The notes under the pieces were generated by a model that was given only the letters and a program-made list of their open reading frames with translations, ran no database searches and was not told the origin of the DNA. Positions 29,856-38,916 of a DNA stretch of 64,000 nt are shown piece after piece. The stretch spans positions 173,498 through 237,497 of the forward strand of contig WREW01000001.1 in NCBI GenBank assembly GCA_009779135.1. The letters are read 5' to 3'. The stretch comes from Alphaproteobacteria bacterium. Lineage in GTDB: Bacteria > Pseudomonadota > Alphaproteobacteria > UBA9219. Numbering within the stretch: position 1 is the stretch's first letter; every line of letters begins with the position of its first letter. Made by a program: the position numbers and the translations under genes.

Positions 29856-30548
29856 CTATCCTGCTGATATGTTGACTTTCTCATTGGGGGCAAGGTAACT
29901 AGGTGTAGCCTTTTCCCACATAGAGAAAAACTGGCGGCGGAAGCCCTCGGAAACGGATCTCGATTTCACAACCGTTATTTTCGGCCATATCTCTTTGTCG
30001 GTCGGGATAAGCGCGTATTTATTGCCATAGACATAAAAGGAAACTGCATCAATATACTGTTTCGAGATGGTTCGGAATTGTAAACGTGGGCTTGAAAGCT
30101 GAGGCTCGCCCACTTCCGTCAAAAGGCATTTGATAGAAAGATCATCGTTATATTTAAGCAAGGCCTCAAGTTTTGGACAATCACCAGCACCGCATATTTT
30201 TTCTAACTCCTCAAGGCAATTCGCTACAATGATAAGCTCATGACGCGCTTGACGGGTTGTTTCCTTGATGTCATCCAGTAATTGATCCGTACTACCCACG
30301 CCATGAAAGACAGCAATATCCTCAAGTTTCCGCCGAACACCGTCAGGATCAATAAACTCAAGCCCAGCGTCTTCCATCGCCTGATAAATCAAACGAGTTG
30401 TTTCACTGCGCGGGGAAATATGACCAAGTTCCAGCTTTCGAATGGTGGCAATAGAAAGCTGTGCTGCATAAGCCAATTCTTCTTGCGACCAATCAAGAAG
30501 CGCCCGCGCGGCCTTGATTTGTCTTGCACTAAGAGGGCGTATTATCAT
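29856..30548 (-). CDS. XRE-family HTH protein with conserved C-terminal domain of unknown function (paralog 1)
   Basis: Cro/C1-type HTH (LSARQIKAARALLDWSQEELAYAAQLSIATIRKLELG), EDAGLEF...GVRR linker, C-terminal YGNKYAL segment. The ORF extends to 30626. Confidence 0.6.
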   Translation of the reverse strand: MIIRPLSARQIKAARALLDWSQEELAYAAQLSIATIRKLELGHISPRSETTRLIYQAMEDAGLEFIDPDGVRRKLEDIAVFHGVGSTDQLLDDIKETTRQARHELIIVANCLEELEKICGAGDCPKLEALLKYNDDLSIKCLLTEVGEPQLSSPRLQFRTISKQYIDAVSFYVYGNKYALIPTDKEIWPKITVVKSRSVSEGFRRQFFSMWEKATPSYLAPNEKVNISAG

Positions 30549-30795
30549 TGGCTGCTCCGATACTCTTCCATCAAATCCCCCGTTTTTCTTTTTTCGATGG
30601 TTCAGGATGCGCATAGCAAGCCACATAAAAAAAAGAGCTTTTTTTGACCTTTTCGGGCTTGTTTCTTGACCCTTAGGATCAATACAGGGGGATTTTGACC
30701 TTAAAGGCCATTTTCTTGGCCTTTTCTGCTATCCCAACAAACAAAAAGCCATGCGTGTTGGTATGGCTTGGAATATTTTTGTTTTCTTGTGTGTT

Positions 30796-31485
30796 CTAGG
30801 CGCGGATTTGTTGTTCTGTAGCGCGCGGCTGAGGCTGGATAAACGGCACAGCAAGTTCCCAGATCAGATTAAACTTGTTCTTACATTGAAGCGCCAGATC
30901 AAGGTCGCTGAATATAACAAACGTAAAATGCTCCCCAGACTTTGCCCGTAAGATAATATGGCTGTTGTTGTAAATGAAATGAGACCCCTCACTAAGATAA
31001 GTATTAGAGGTCAGCCGTGCCGTGCAGTTTTCCAGCACAGCCACCCGTTCGTGAGACCGCGCAAAAAGGCACCTCATATCAGCAAAAAGAAGGAGTTTTT
31101 GTAAGGCTTGCCAAGAACTTTTCTTGTCCATGCCAAAAGTACGCAAAAGAAGCTCTGGGTCGTCAAAAACAGCTAAAATCTCGCCTTTGTTCCTTTTGGC
31201 GTTTTGGAGCAAAAACTCAAAAAACGCTTGGCGGCTATCCGCGCCTTGAATAACTTTAAGGTCAGGTCTAAGGCGGCGAACGCCTTCGTTCTCGGTAAAC
31301 TCAAACCCAGCCCCCTCAATGGCCTTGCACAAAAGTTCCAGCGTTTTGCCGCGCGGGGAAAGGATGCCTTGCTCAAGGTTGTGAATAGTACCGCGTGAAA
31401 TGCCTGAGGCGTCCGCCAACTCCTCGCGCGTCCAGCCGAGCATCGCTCTGGCTCCTTTAATCTGATCCGGTGTGACAAATTGCAT
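30796..31485 (-). CDS. XRE-family HTH protein with conserved C-terminal domain (paralog 2)
   Basis: Same architecture: TPDQIKGARAMLGWTREELA...EGAGFEF...GVRR. Confidence 0.65.
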   Translation of the reverse strand: MQFVTPDQIKGARAMLGWTREELADASGISRGTIHNLEQGILSPRGKTLELLCKAIEGAGFEFTENEGVRRLRPDLKVIQGADSRQAFFEFLLQNAKRNKGEILAVFDDPELLLRTFGMDKKSSWQALQKLLLFADMRCLFARSHERVAVLENCTARLTSNTYLSEGSHFIYNNSHIILRAKSGEHFTFVIFSDLDLALQCKNKFNLIWELAVPFIQPQPRATEQQIRA

Positions 31486-31497
31486 AATGAGACTCGA

Positions 31498-31848
31498 TCA
31501 GTTAACGAGGTGCGTAAAATCAACTTCCATCAGGAAACAAACAGCATCTTCATAATGTCCGGAAGGAATATCTTTCACGTCTTTGACGTTAAACATTGCC
31601 GTGACAATGGCCTCCACTGTGGCCTCATCGACTTTCTCAAAAAGGGAAACATAAGATATGATGTTCTCAATCGCTTGAAGCTCCCTTTCGTTAAGGGGCG
31701 CGGCGTCCGCCTCGCGCAGGGCCTTGAGGCCTTGAGCGAGAAGCCGCAGGATGGCAGGCGGTGGGTTGTCAAAGCCAAGCTGCTTTATGGCCTGAGTGTA
31801 GAGTTCGTCAGCGGAAGGGCGTGATTTAAGGTCAGCGGGATCCATCAT
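31498..31848 (-). CDS. hypothetical protein
   Basis: 116-aa ORF immediately upstream of paralog 2 in the same orientation. Confidence 0.4.
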   Translation of the reverse strand: MMDPADLKSRPSADELYTQAIKQLGFDNPPPAILRLLAQGLKALREADAAPLNERELQAIENIISYVSLFEKVDEATVEAIVTAMFNVKDVKDIPSGHYEDAVCFLMEVDFTHLVN

Positions 31849-31860
31849 GGGGTATCTCTC

Positions 31861-32043
31861 TTAGGCAGAAGTGGCTTGGGTAAGGGGGGCGCTGTTATCG
31901 TTGGTTTCTTGGATGAAACGCGCCCAACGGTCTTCGAGGGAACGGGGTTCTTGGCAGATATGGTTGTAACGCTCCCACGTTTCCACAATTTGCCGGATCA
32001 AGGTTTCGCTGTGCTTCTTTGTGACTGTATCGAAATCAAGCAT
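31861..32043 (-). CDS. small hypothetical protein
   Basis: 60-aa ORF, first in an apparent three-gene minus-strand operon. Confidence 0.3.
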   Translation of the reverse strand: MLDFDTVTKKHSETLIRQIVETWERYNHICQEPRSLEDRWARFIQETNDNSAPLTQATSA

Positions 32044-32379
32044 TATGTCCCCTCACTTCAAAATTATTTAAGCAAGGCCGTCATGGCCGCCTCATTTTGG
32101 TAGTGTAATAGATATTGCCATAGAAGACAAGATAAAAGTTTATAATAAAGATTGTTATAATTACTCTAAAAATAACTTAAACCATTACAGAATGCATGAT
32201 CCCAACCAAAGCCGCTTAATTTAGCCTTTAGTGGTTAATGGTTATTTACCAAAAATAGGTAAGAATAGACCAAAAAAAGGTAGAATCTTGCCAATTAGCC
32301 CTTTTCTTTACTTGTGAAACTATTTCTGATAAGATAATTCAAAATTATTCTGAAAGATAGACCAACGTCAGGAAAGACC

Positions 32380-33021
32380 ATGCCTACAGGAAAACAAGTC
32401 AGAGCTGCCAGAGTTCTTGCTGGATGGGATGCAGAGCATCTTGCGAAGAAAACGAAGCTCACGGCCGTAACCATTCTTAAAATTGAACGCGAAGAAGCTA
32501 CGGCACGCCCAGCTACCATGGAAAAAATTATAAAAGCCTTTTTCGAAAACGGCATTGAGTTTCTTGATAATGAAGGCCTGCGCCGCAGGAATGACATGCT
32601 TAGGGTTTTTGAGGGAAAAACACCGTACCTTGACGTTTTGGATGATGTTTTTCTAACACTGCGGGAGACAGGTGGCGAGGTTCTTTTTTCTTTTGTTTGC
32701 AACAAGCTTTCCCCACCAGAAGTTATTGAAAGCCAGATCCGTCTTCGGCGGCTTGGCATTAAGTTTCGTAGTCTCATTGAAGAAGGGGACGCCTATTGCC
32801 TATACCCTCTTAACGAGTACCGTGCTGTACCCAAGCAGTTTTTTCACCACAACATACTGGTAATATACGGGGACAAGGTCGCTTTATTTCTAAGCAAGGA
32901 CAAGCGGGCGATTATTATCCGTGATAGTGAGTTTGTGGAAACACAGCGCAAAATGTTTGAAATAGCATGGAATAATTATACAGCCCCGACAAAAACAACT
33001 GCCCCTAAGACGTATGGGTAA
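32380..33021 (+). CDS. XRE-family HTH protein with conserved C-terminal domain (paralog 3)
   Basis: GKQVRAARVLAGWDAEHLA...ENGIEFLDNEGLRRR. C-terminal IYGDKVAL segment. Its stop overlaps the CDPS-like start. Confidence 0.65.
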   Translation: MPTGKQVRAARVLAGWDAEHLAKKTKLTAVTILKIEREEATARPATMEKIIKAFFENGIEFLDNEGLRRRNDMLRVFEGKTPYLDVLDDVFLTLRETGGEVLFSFVCNKLSPPEVIESQIRLRRLGIKFRSLIEEGDAYCLYPLNEYRAVPKQFFHHNILVIYGDKVALFLSKDKRAIIIRDSEFVETQRKMFEIAWNNYTAPTKTTAPKTYG

Positions 33022-33739
33022 AACTATGGATTCGTGTCAAGAATATCGTGTCCGCGTGCGAAACAGATCAGACTGGCGAAATTATGCTCGTCTAAGGCTT
33101 CTGATTAGTGTTGGAAAACCGTATCATGAGGGCGAAAAACTCCAAGCTGTTGTTGATTGGATCAACAAAAATCCACACATAACAGAAGTTCAAGTGTGTG
33201 TTGGCGATTTTCTCCAGCGACATAATCTTATTGCCTATGGTGAAGATGAAGAACGCGCTAGTTACATGGCCTTGCTTGCCGGAACTTCATGGATAGAACG
33301 CAACGAATCCATATTATCCGGTTTACAACCTAAATGGTCATTCACACGCTGGACTGATTGGTTCGGGATAGAGGAGTTTTATAGAACCCACGCCGCTATT
33401 TTAAGATTGGAAACTGAAAATCATGCTTTCAAAAAAAGTCTTGATCTGGACGCATCCTCACTGGCGAAAAGGAAAGAACTACGGGGTGAATCCGTCCCCA
33501 AAGATCTTGTTCAGCACTCTTACAACTTCGTCACGGAAGAACTAGCTGTTTTTACCATGCTGAGTCGATGTCTGCCCGCTGCTGAAGTCTATCCCGGAAC
33601 AAGCTTGGAGGCTGTAAAATATTTACACGGAAAAGACCTTCCAGAAATACTTATCCCCTTAAAGACCAGATATATTGTTCGTATTAATTTTGAAAGGATA
33701 AAACTTTCCTCCGATGTCCTTTTGGACGGTGCCGCCTAG
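33014..33739 (+). CDS. cyclodipeptide synthase (CDPS, tRNA-dependent)-like protein
   Basis: 241 aa. LLISVGKPY matches the CDPS catalytic-Ser strand (GISAGNSYF / GVSPGNSFF). VVDWINKNPHITEVQVCVGD matches LLQW...TDVVYVD. FVTEELAVF matches YVLAELPLF. SLEAVKYLHG matches SSVLCYH. Comparisons are to AlbC, YvmC and Rv2275 as I recall them. Confidence 0.5.
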   Translation: MGKTMDSCQEYRVRVRNRSDWRNYARLRLLISVGKPYHEGEKLQAVVDWINKNPHITEVQVCVGDFLQRHNLIAYGEDEERASYMALLAGTSWIERNESILSGLQPKWSFTRWTDWFGIEEFYRTHAAILRLETENHAFKKSLDLDASSLAKRKELRGESVPKDLVQHSYNFVTEELAVFTMLSRCLPAAEVYPGTSLEAVKYLHGKDLPEILIPLKTRYIVRINFERIKLSSDVLLDGAA

Positions 33740-34227
33740 CGCAAATGCCTCATCAGATCGCGCTTTGCTTCAAAGCACACGGCATTTAAGCGAACTTTTG
33801 ACACAACTTGAAGCATGACGAAAAAGTCTTCCGCATCATCCCAATATTGCTTGTTCAAAAAAAACTAACCATTCGTAATTTTCATATTCTTCAAACCACC
33901 AATCACATTCACACCCGGCATCATAGGCTTGTTGCCGAAGATGCGGAGACGCGCGCCGAGGGTGGCGAGCGCATCAAGCATTGGCCTGTCATTGATTATA
34001 AAAATATGCGCCTCAGGCACAGGCGGAATGAAGGTGCTTGGTCGAGCCTCAGGGCTGGCCGTCAGATCATTTCCACAAGCCGCGCTTACCTTTGTGCTGT
34101 TGTTTCGGACGTTCGTGTTGTCGGCGATCATTTAAGATTATCCGGCGAAAACAAGGACATTGCCAATCTTATTGCGGCAAACGGCCAAATCAGCCTAACA
34201 AATAAAGTTCGCAGATCTATCTATGAA

Positions 34228-34303
34228 TGGCGACCCCTACGGGATTCGAACCCGTGTTACCGCCGTGAAAGGGCGATGTCCTAGGCCTCTAGACGAAGGG
34301 GTC
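34228..34303 (-). tRNA. tRNA-Glu (anticodon UUC)
   Basis: Reverse complement GACCCCTTCGTCTAGAGGCCTAGGACATCGCCCTTTCACGGCGGTAACACGGGTTCGAATCCCGTAGGGGTCGCCA. Confidence 0.85.
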
Positions 34304-34451
34304 GTAAAACAAAGGAAAGGCACTCTTAGCAGGTCAAGACAGCGTCCTGCAACAAAAAACTTCTTTGAAAGCCGTCTTCTTTTCAGAATGTTAAGAGGAT
34401 TGAGCCTCAAGCACCCATCTGTATAACCCCCTTTTTGAAGGAGCTTTCTTC

Positions 34452-35078
34452 GTGGATCAATCGGCTAAGAACAGCAAAACCCATGCGGTTTGCCTTACCG
34501 CCACGGCTGCGCTGCCGACGCGGTTTGGCGTTTTCAAGGCGCAAAGCTTTATCGGCCAGCATGCGCGGCATGGCGGGCAGGATGTGGTCGTGTTTGCCCT
34601 CAGCATGGGCGAGGTCGCCGATGATTGCATGGTGCGGTTGCACTCGGAATGTTTGACGGGCGATGTGATGGGATCTTTGCGCTGCGATTGCGGCCAGCAG
34701 CTTGCGGCGTCTTTAAACATGATTGCGCAGGAAAAGCGCGGTCTTTTGCTGTATCTTCTGGGCCATGAAGGTCGCGGTATCGGGCTTTCGGACAAACTCA
34801 AAGCCTATGTTTTGCAAGATCAGGGCATGAACACGCTGCAGGCCAATTGCGCACTGGGTCATGCGGGGGACGAGCGCAATTATGACGCCGCGATCGCGGT
34901 GCTGCATGATTTCGGTCTGAAATCCATTCGCCTGCTGACGAACAATCCGGAAAAGATCGAAGCGCTTGAGCTCAGCGGAATCCGCATCACCGCGCGCCTG
35001 CCCTTATGGCTTGAAGAAAATCCTCACAACGCCACATATCTTGAAACAAAGCGCGATCTGATGGGACATTTGCGCTAG
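34452..35078 (+). CDS. ribA: GTP cyclohydrolase II
   Basis: RLHSECLTGDVMGSLRCDCGQQL zinc site, EGRGIGL, RLLTNNP. Closely parallels E. coli RibA. Confidence 0.85.
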   Translation: MDQSAKNSKTHAVCLTATAALPTRFGVFKAQSFIGQHARHGGQDVVVFALSMGEVADDCMVRLHSECLTGDVMGSLRCDCGQQLAASLNMIAQEKRGLLLYLLGHEGRGIGLSDKLKAYVLQDQGMNTLQANCALGHAGDERNYDAAIAVLHDFGLKSIRLLTNNPEKIEALELSGIRITARLPLWLEENPHNATYLETKRDLMGHLR

Positions 35079-36358
35079 AGACTGGGCTTGTAATAAAAGC
35101 CCTGCGGCGGCACGAAATTGAACGTAAAGTAGCGGTGCATCAGGCCCATTTCGAACGCTTCAAGCATAGCGCGCTCAAAGGTGCGCTTGGTACGTTGTTC
35201 AAGACAGACTTCCCATGCCACAGCTGATGCTTTTTCGGGATTATCCAAAACCGCCTCAATCGCCGCGCCGAGAGAAGCGTCTTTGAAATTGTAAGTATAA
35301 GGCAAAAGATCAGGACATGTCTGATGAAGCCAGTCATTGGCGTCCGTAATGGGCAGCGCGCCGGCGCCCAAAGCGGACAAAACGCGCTCATGCGGCGCAT
35401 CCGTCACATTGGAGTTCATGGACACGACAGCCAGCGCCTTTTGATAAAGAGGAACCAGTTCCGTGCTGTTGACTGCAGGCAGGATCATGGCGCGCGCTTT
35501 TTCTATATCAAGATGATCCACTTTGTTGGTGTGGATCGTCACAGGGTAGGGCAAAAGCTCCTTAATAAGCCGCGTTGATTTCACGCGCTTGGTGTAATCA
35601 TCAAGCTGCGTCAGGAAAAAGCTGAATAAAGCCACGTCGTGACGGAGTTCAATACCATTTGCATCCGCGCTGCGCAGCACAGAAGTCTCAACAGGCCCGC
35701 TTGCCGCCAAAGACCAGTAATCATCCAAAGCATCGTGAATGATTTTTTGAATAAGATCAGGAAGGACTTTCCACGCGCGCTGCAGATCTTCAGGATCATG
35801 CGTGTTTTTAGGACAGAGGATCAGAGGCTGAACGCCCTTTTCAAAATGGCGCGGCTTGGGATTGGTGCCGTGTGTAAAAACCCCCCAGGGCAAATAGCCC
35901 TTACGGCCCTGATGCTTGATGTAGTTCGTGTGAAAAGTAAGAAAATCACGCGAATTATAAAGCGGCATAATGGCCTGCGCCGGATGGCTGTGACGATCCA
36001 GATTATAGCTCGGATGACCCGCAAGAAGATTCAGCACGGGAATCTTATAGGCCTGCCAGATATTTCCATGTTCGGCCAGATCGCCGAAATCAATGCCCAG
36101 ACCCTGAAAGGTGACGGCAAAAAGAATATGATACGCCTTATAGGTCTGCAGAGCTTGGTCAAGCTGGCGCAACGCCAGATTGGTGTCGCGCAAATCCACA
36201 AAGATAGGATTGCAGCCGAACTTCACAGCAGCGCGCGCAATTTCATTGTTGAAAGGCGTCAGAAAATCATGCGCCGCTGCGCCATGCAAAATGACAATCG
36301 CATAATCCGAAACGCTGGATGAAACAGGCATAAAGCTGACCCCAAGAGGCGCGAGCAA
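35075..36358 (-). CDS. hypothetical protein, C-terminal half resembles GT-B glycosyltransferases
   Basis: 427 aa. C-terminal ERVLSALGAGALPITDANDW resembles a GT1/GT4 nucleotide-sugar-binding segment. Confidence 0.45.
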   Translation of the reverse strand: MLAPLGVSFMPVSSSVSDYAIVILHGAAAHDFLTPFNNEIARAAVKFGCNPIFVDLRDTNLALRQLDQALQTYKAYHILFAVTFQGLGIDFGDLAEHGNIWQAYKIPVLNLLAGHPSYNLDRHSHPAQAIMPLYNSRDFLTFHTNYIKHQGRKGYLPWGVFTHGTNPKPRHFEKGVQPLILCPKNTHDPEDLQRAWKVLPDLIQKIIHDALDDYWSLAASGPVETSVLRSADANGIELRHDVALFSFFLTQLDDYTKRVKSTRLIKELLPYPVTIHTNKVDHLDIEKARAMILPAVNSTELVPLYQKALAVVSMNSNVTDAPHERVLSALGAGALPITDANDWLHQTCPDLLPYTYNFKDASLGAAIEAVLDNPEKASAVAWEVCLEQRTKRTFERAMLEAFEMGLMHRYFTFNFVPPQGFYYKPSL

Positions 36359-36594
36359 GCGAGAATCTTAACTTACATCGTAAGCCCTTTGCTGGGTAGA
36401 GCAAAAAACGAAGACGGGCGTAGGCGCTCATCATAGGTTTTTCTTTTCCGTATCAAGCTATTAAGGTTTTTCCTTTTCAAAAAACACCTGTATGCGATAA
36501 TTTTCTTGTACTGGGACGCGAAGGTTTTCGCGCGCAGCACCGTGTCTGAGGGAGAACGCAGATGCGTTTCACAAAACAAGAAAGGAAAAATCCC

Positions 36595-37095
36595 ATGAGA
36601 AGACAATCTCTCTATACTGCTTCGGCGCTGATGGCTGTGATGCTTGTGATGGCGTCACCTTTGGCGGCACAGGATAATGGTTCAGCGACGGAGGCCGCGC
36701 AAGAGGTCGGACGGGGCTTGATGGAAAACAAAGCCAATCTCTCACCTCAGGGCCGCGAGATTATGCAAAATGCCATGGACAATATGCGCGCGAAAAACAA
36801 AGTGCTCTTTGATGAAATCAACGCCAAAGAAGCGGAAAAAACAGCTCTTCTTAAAGCGCCTGTGCTCGACAAAGCAGCTTTAGAGGCCAAAGAGTCTGAA
36901 ATCAAAGCGCTGAAATCAAAAGCCATGCAGGCACGCAGCGATTCAATGAACGAAGCTTTGGGCAAATTGTCTGCGGAAGACCGTGCTGCTTGGGCCGAAG
37001 CACGCGGCAAGAAGATGGAGCGCATGAGAGACAAGTTTCAAGGCCACAAACCCATGCATGGCATGAAGAATAAACAGCCCCAGAACGGACAGTAA
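36595..37095 (+). CDS. periplasmic Spy/CpxP-family-like protein
   Basis: SD aaggaaaa. Signal peptide, then a Lys/Glu-rich helical protein with repeated MxxAM/LxxxQ-like motifs. Confidence 0.5.
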   Translation: MRRQSLYTASALMAVMLVMASPLAAQDNGSATEAAQEVGRGLMENKANLSPQGREIMQNAMDNMRAKNKVLFDEINAKEAEKTALLKAPVLDKAALEAKESEIKALKSKAMQARSDSMNEALGKLSAEDRAAWAEARGKKMERMRDKFQGHKPMHGMKNKQPQNGQ

Positions 37096-37107
37096 GGGGG
37101 GACGGGG

Positions 37108-37146
37108 AAAACGCATGGCATCCACCCATGCCATGCGTTTTTTCAA
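37108..37146 (+). terminator. rho-independent terminator
   Basis: aacgcatggcatccacccatgccatgcgtt stem-loop followed by a T-run. Confidence 0.6.
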
Positions 37147-37164
37147 AAAGGAAGGACGGCAAAA

Positions 37165-37620
37165 ATGAAAACGGCCACGATAACCATAGCAAGCCTTGCG
37201 GTACTTTTAGCGTTGACGGCGCCGGCAGCAGCGCAAAGGCAGGGGGCCTATGATACAAGATATAGACCCGTTTTCCGCGCGGCGCCGCCCGCGCCTTTCA
37301 TAGGCATGGCCTACCGGCAGCCCACAATAGTGCGCAATGCGCAGCCTTATTTTTTCCCAAGCCCTGTTGCGTCCTATTACAGCGCGCGCTTTATCGGCTC
37401 GCGGATCAGTTTTACGCCATCGCCGGTGGTGATGGTGATGCCGACTTTGGCAGCGGCGCCAAACGTGATTTTCGCCAACCCCACTGTGGTCACCTATGTG
37501 GATCAAATGGGCCGCCTCTGCCGTGGCTATGAAAGCCAGATCAGCACAGGCGCGGGCTTTCAGCTTCTTTCAGGTGTGGCCTGCCTTTATAATGACGGGG
37601 CATGGCGTGTCGTTCAGTAA
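37165..37620 (+). CDS. small secreted hypothetical protein
   Basis: Signal peptide MKTATITIASLAVLLALTAPAAAQ. Confidence 0.45.
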   Translation: MKTATITIASLAVLLALTAPAAAQRQGAYDTRYRPVFRAAPPAPFIGMAYRQPTIVRNAQPYFFPSPVASYYSARFIGSRISFTPSPVVMVMPTLAAAPNVIFANPTVVTYVDQMGRLCRGYESQISTGAGFQLLSGVACLYNDGAWRVVQ

Positions 37621-38194
37621 TCTTACGGCAAGAAAACAAGCTGCAAGAAAAGAGCTGCGCCGTACCCGCGCTTTGGCAAGCGTTGAAAAAATACAAGCTT
37701 CCGCTGCCATGTGCGATCTTTTCAGGCAGGAAATCAAACTGCCGCAGAGCGCTGTCGTAGCCACTTATGTTGCAGACGATCACGAGATTGATCCCGCCGC
37801 CTTGAGTGAAATATTATGGGATAAAGGCCATAGGCTTTGCCTGCCCTGTTGCGGTCTGCCGCAAACGCGCCTGACCTTTCGGCTTTATGAAAAAAACATG
37901 ATCCTGCAGCAAAGCAGCTGGAAACTTTTTGAGCCGCCCGCCCGCGCGCCGTTGATGGAGCCTGATATTCTTTTGGTTCCTCTTTTGGGTTTTGATCGAC
38001 AAGGAAACCGCATGGGCCGTGGCGGCGGCTATTATGATTTGACTTTGCAAGCCCTGCGCCGGATCAAACCCGTCACGGCCATCGGCCTTGCCTATAGCGC
38101 TCAGGAAGTTCCCACCATTCCCGTTGAAGGCCATGACCAGCTTTTGAATGCCGTTCTGACCGAGCGTTTTTATAAAACTTTTGCCCTCGATTGA
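37595..38194 (+). CDS. 5-formyltetrahydrofolate cyclo-ligase
   Basis: LLVPLLGFDRQGNRMGRGGGYYD motif. Internal start at MTGHG. Confidence 0.75.
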   Translation, partial: TGHGVSFSNLTARKQAARKELRRTRALASVEKIQASAAMCDLFRQEIKLPQSAVVATYVADDHEIDPAALSEILWDKGHRLCLPCCGLPQTRLTFRLYEKNMILQQSSWKLFEPPARAPLMEPDILLVPLLGFDRQGNRMGRGGGYYDLTLQALRRIKPVTAIGLAYSAQEVPTIPVEGHDQLLNAVLTERFYKTFALD

Positions 38195-38373
38195 AAAATG
38201 ACTCAAACAAAGCCTCGTTTCGATCATGTTAGAAACGCAAGCGAATCAAAAGCGAGTCGTTCCTGCAACAGGTTGGCGAATGGTTAGGAAAATCTTAACG
38301 AAAGCGTTGCCTGACGCCTGCGCGACTCTTACGCTGCAAGGTGTGATTCGTTTCCTTGGGAGTGCTTTGACAG

Positions 38374-38871
38374 GTGATGCGTTCTCGGCCTTTTCTGGTT
38401 CTTTTTTTATCGACAGGCAATGCGGCGCGCTCGATTATGGCGGAGAGCCTGCTTAACGCCAGAGAAAGCGACCTCTACCGCGCCCGCAGCGCTGGCATAA
38501 CCCCGCTGCCGGCGTTGGATCCGCAGACGATCACGCTGCTCCGGCAGGCAGGCTATGAAACAGAAAAGCTTCACGCCAAGGGATGGCAAGATTTTTATGC
38601 CGCTTCAGCTTTTGTTAAAATTGATGTGATCGTGACGCTTTCGGAGGAGGCGCGTATAAGCTGCCCCGAGATTTGGCCGCATGATCCCGTAAGGGTTCAC
38701 TGGGCCGTGGATGATCCTTTGGGCGTTACGCAAAGCGACATCCGTGAATGGAAGTTCCGCAAACTGCTGACGACGTTGGATCGGCGCATTACAACCCTCC
38801 TGCGCCACCGTCCCCCGTCTTCGGCCATGGAAATGCTGGTCATGCTCAAGGAAGTCGGCATGGTGGTTTAA
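38374..38871 (+). CDS. LMW-PTP / ArsC-fold protein with Ser in place of the P-loop catalytic Cys
   Basis: LFLSTGNAARSIMAE corresponds to CTGNSCRS. The second Cys position is also Ser (TLSEEARISCPE). Confidence 0.7.
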   Translation: MMRSRPFLVLFLSTGNAARSIMAESLLNARESDLYRARSAGITPLPALDPQTITLLRQAGYETEKLHAKGWQDFYAASAFVKIDVIVTLSEEARISCPEIWPHDPVRVHWAVDDPLGVTQSDIREWKFRKLLTTLDRRITTLLRHRPPSSAMEMLVMLKEVGMVV

Positions 38872-38916
38872 AAAAGATAAAACATTCCGCCACACCCAAA
38901 CGCAAAGGGGGAACCT

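Noticed and set aside
33808-34284. 158-aa plus-strand ORF
   Set aside because: It overlaps tRNA-Glu (34228-34303) and has no SD or conserved features. The region is better explained as decayed island DNA.
34300-34451. Possible FMN riboswitch upstream of ribA
   Set aside because: I could not find the conserved FMN-element helices or the GGAUG/CCGAC-type motifs by eye. ribA alone is also not a typical riboswitch target.
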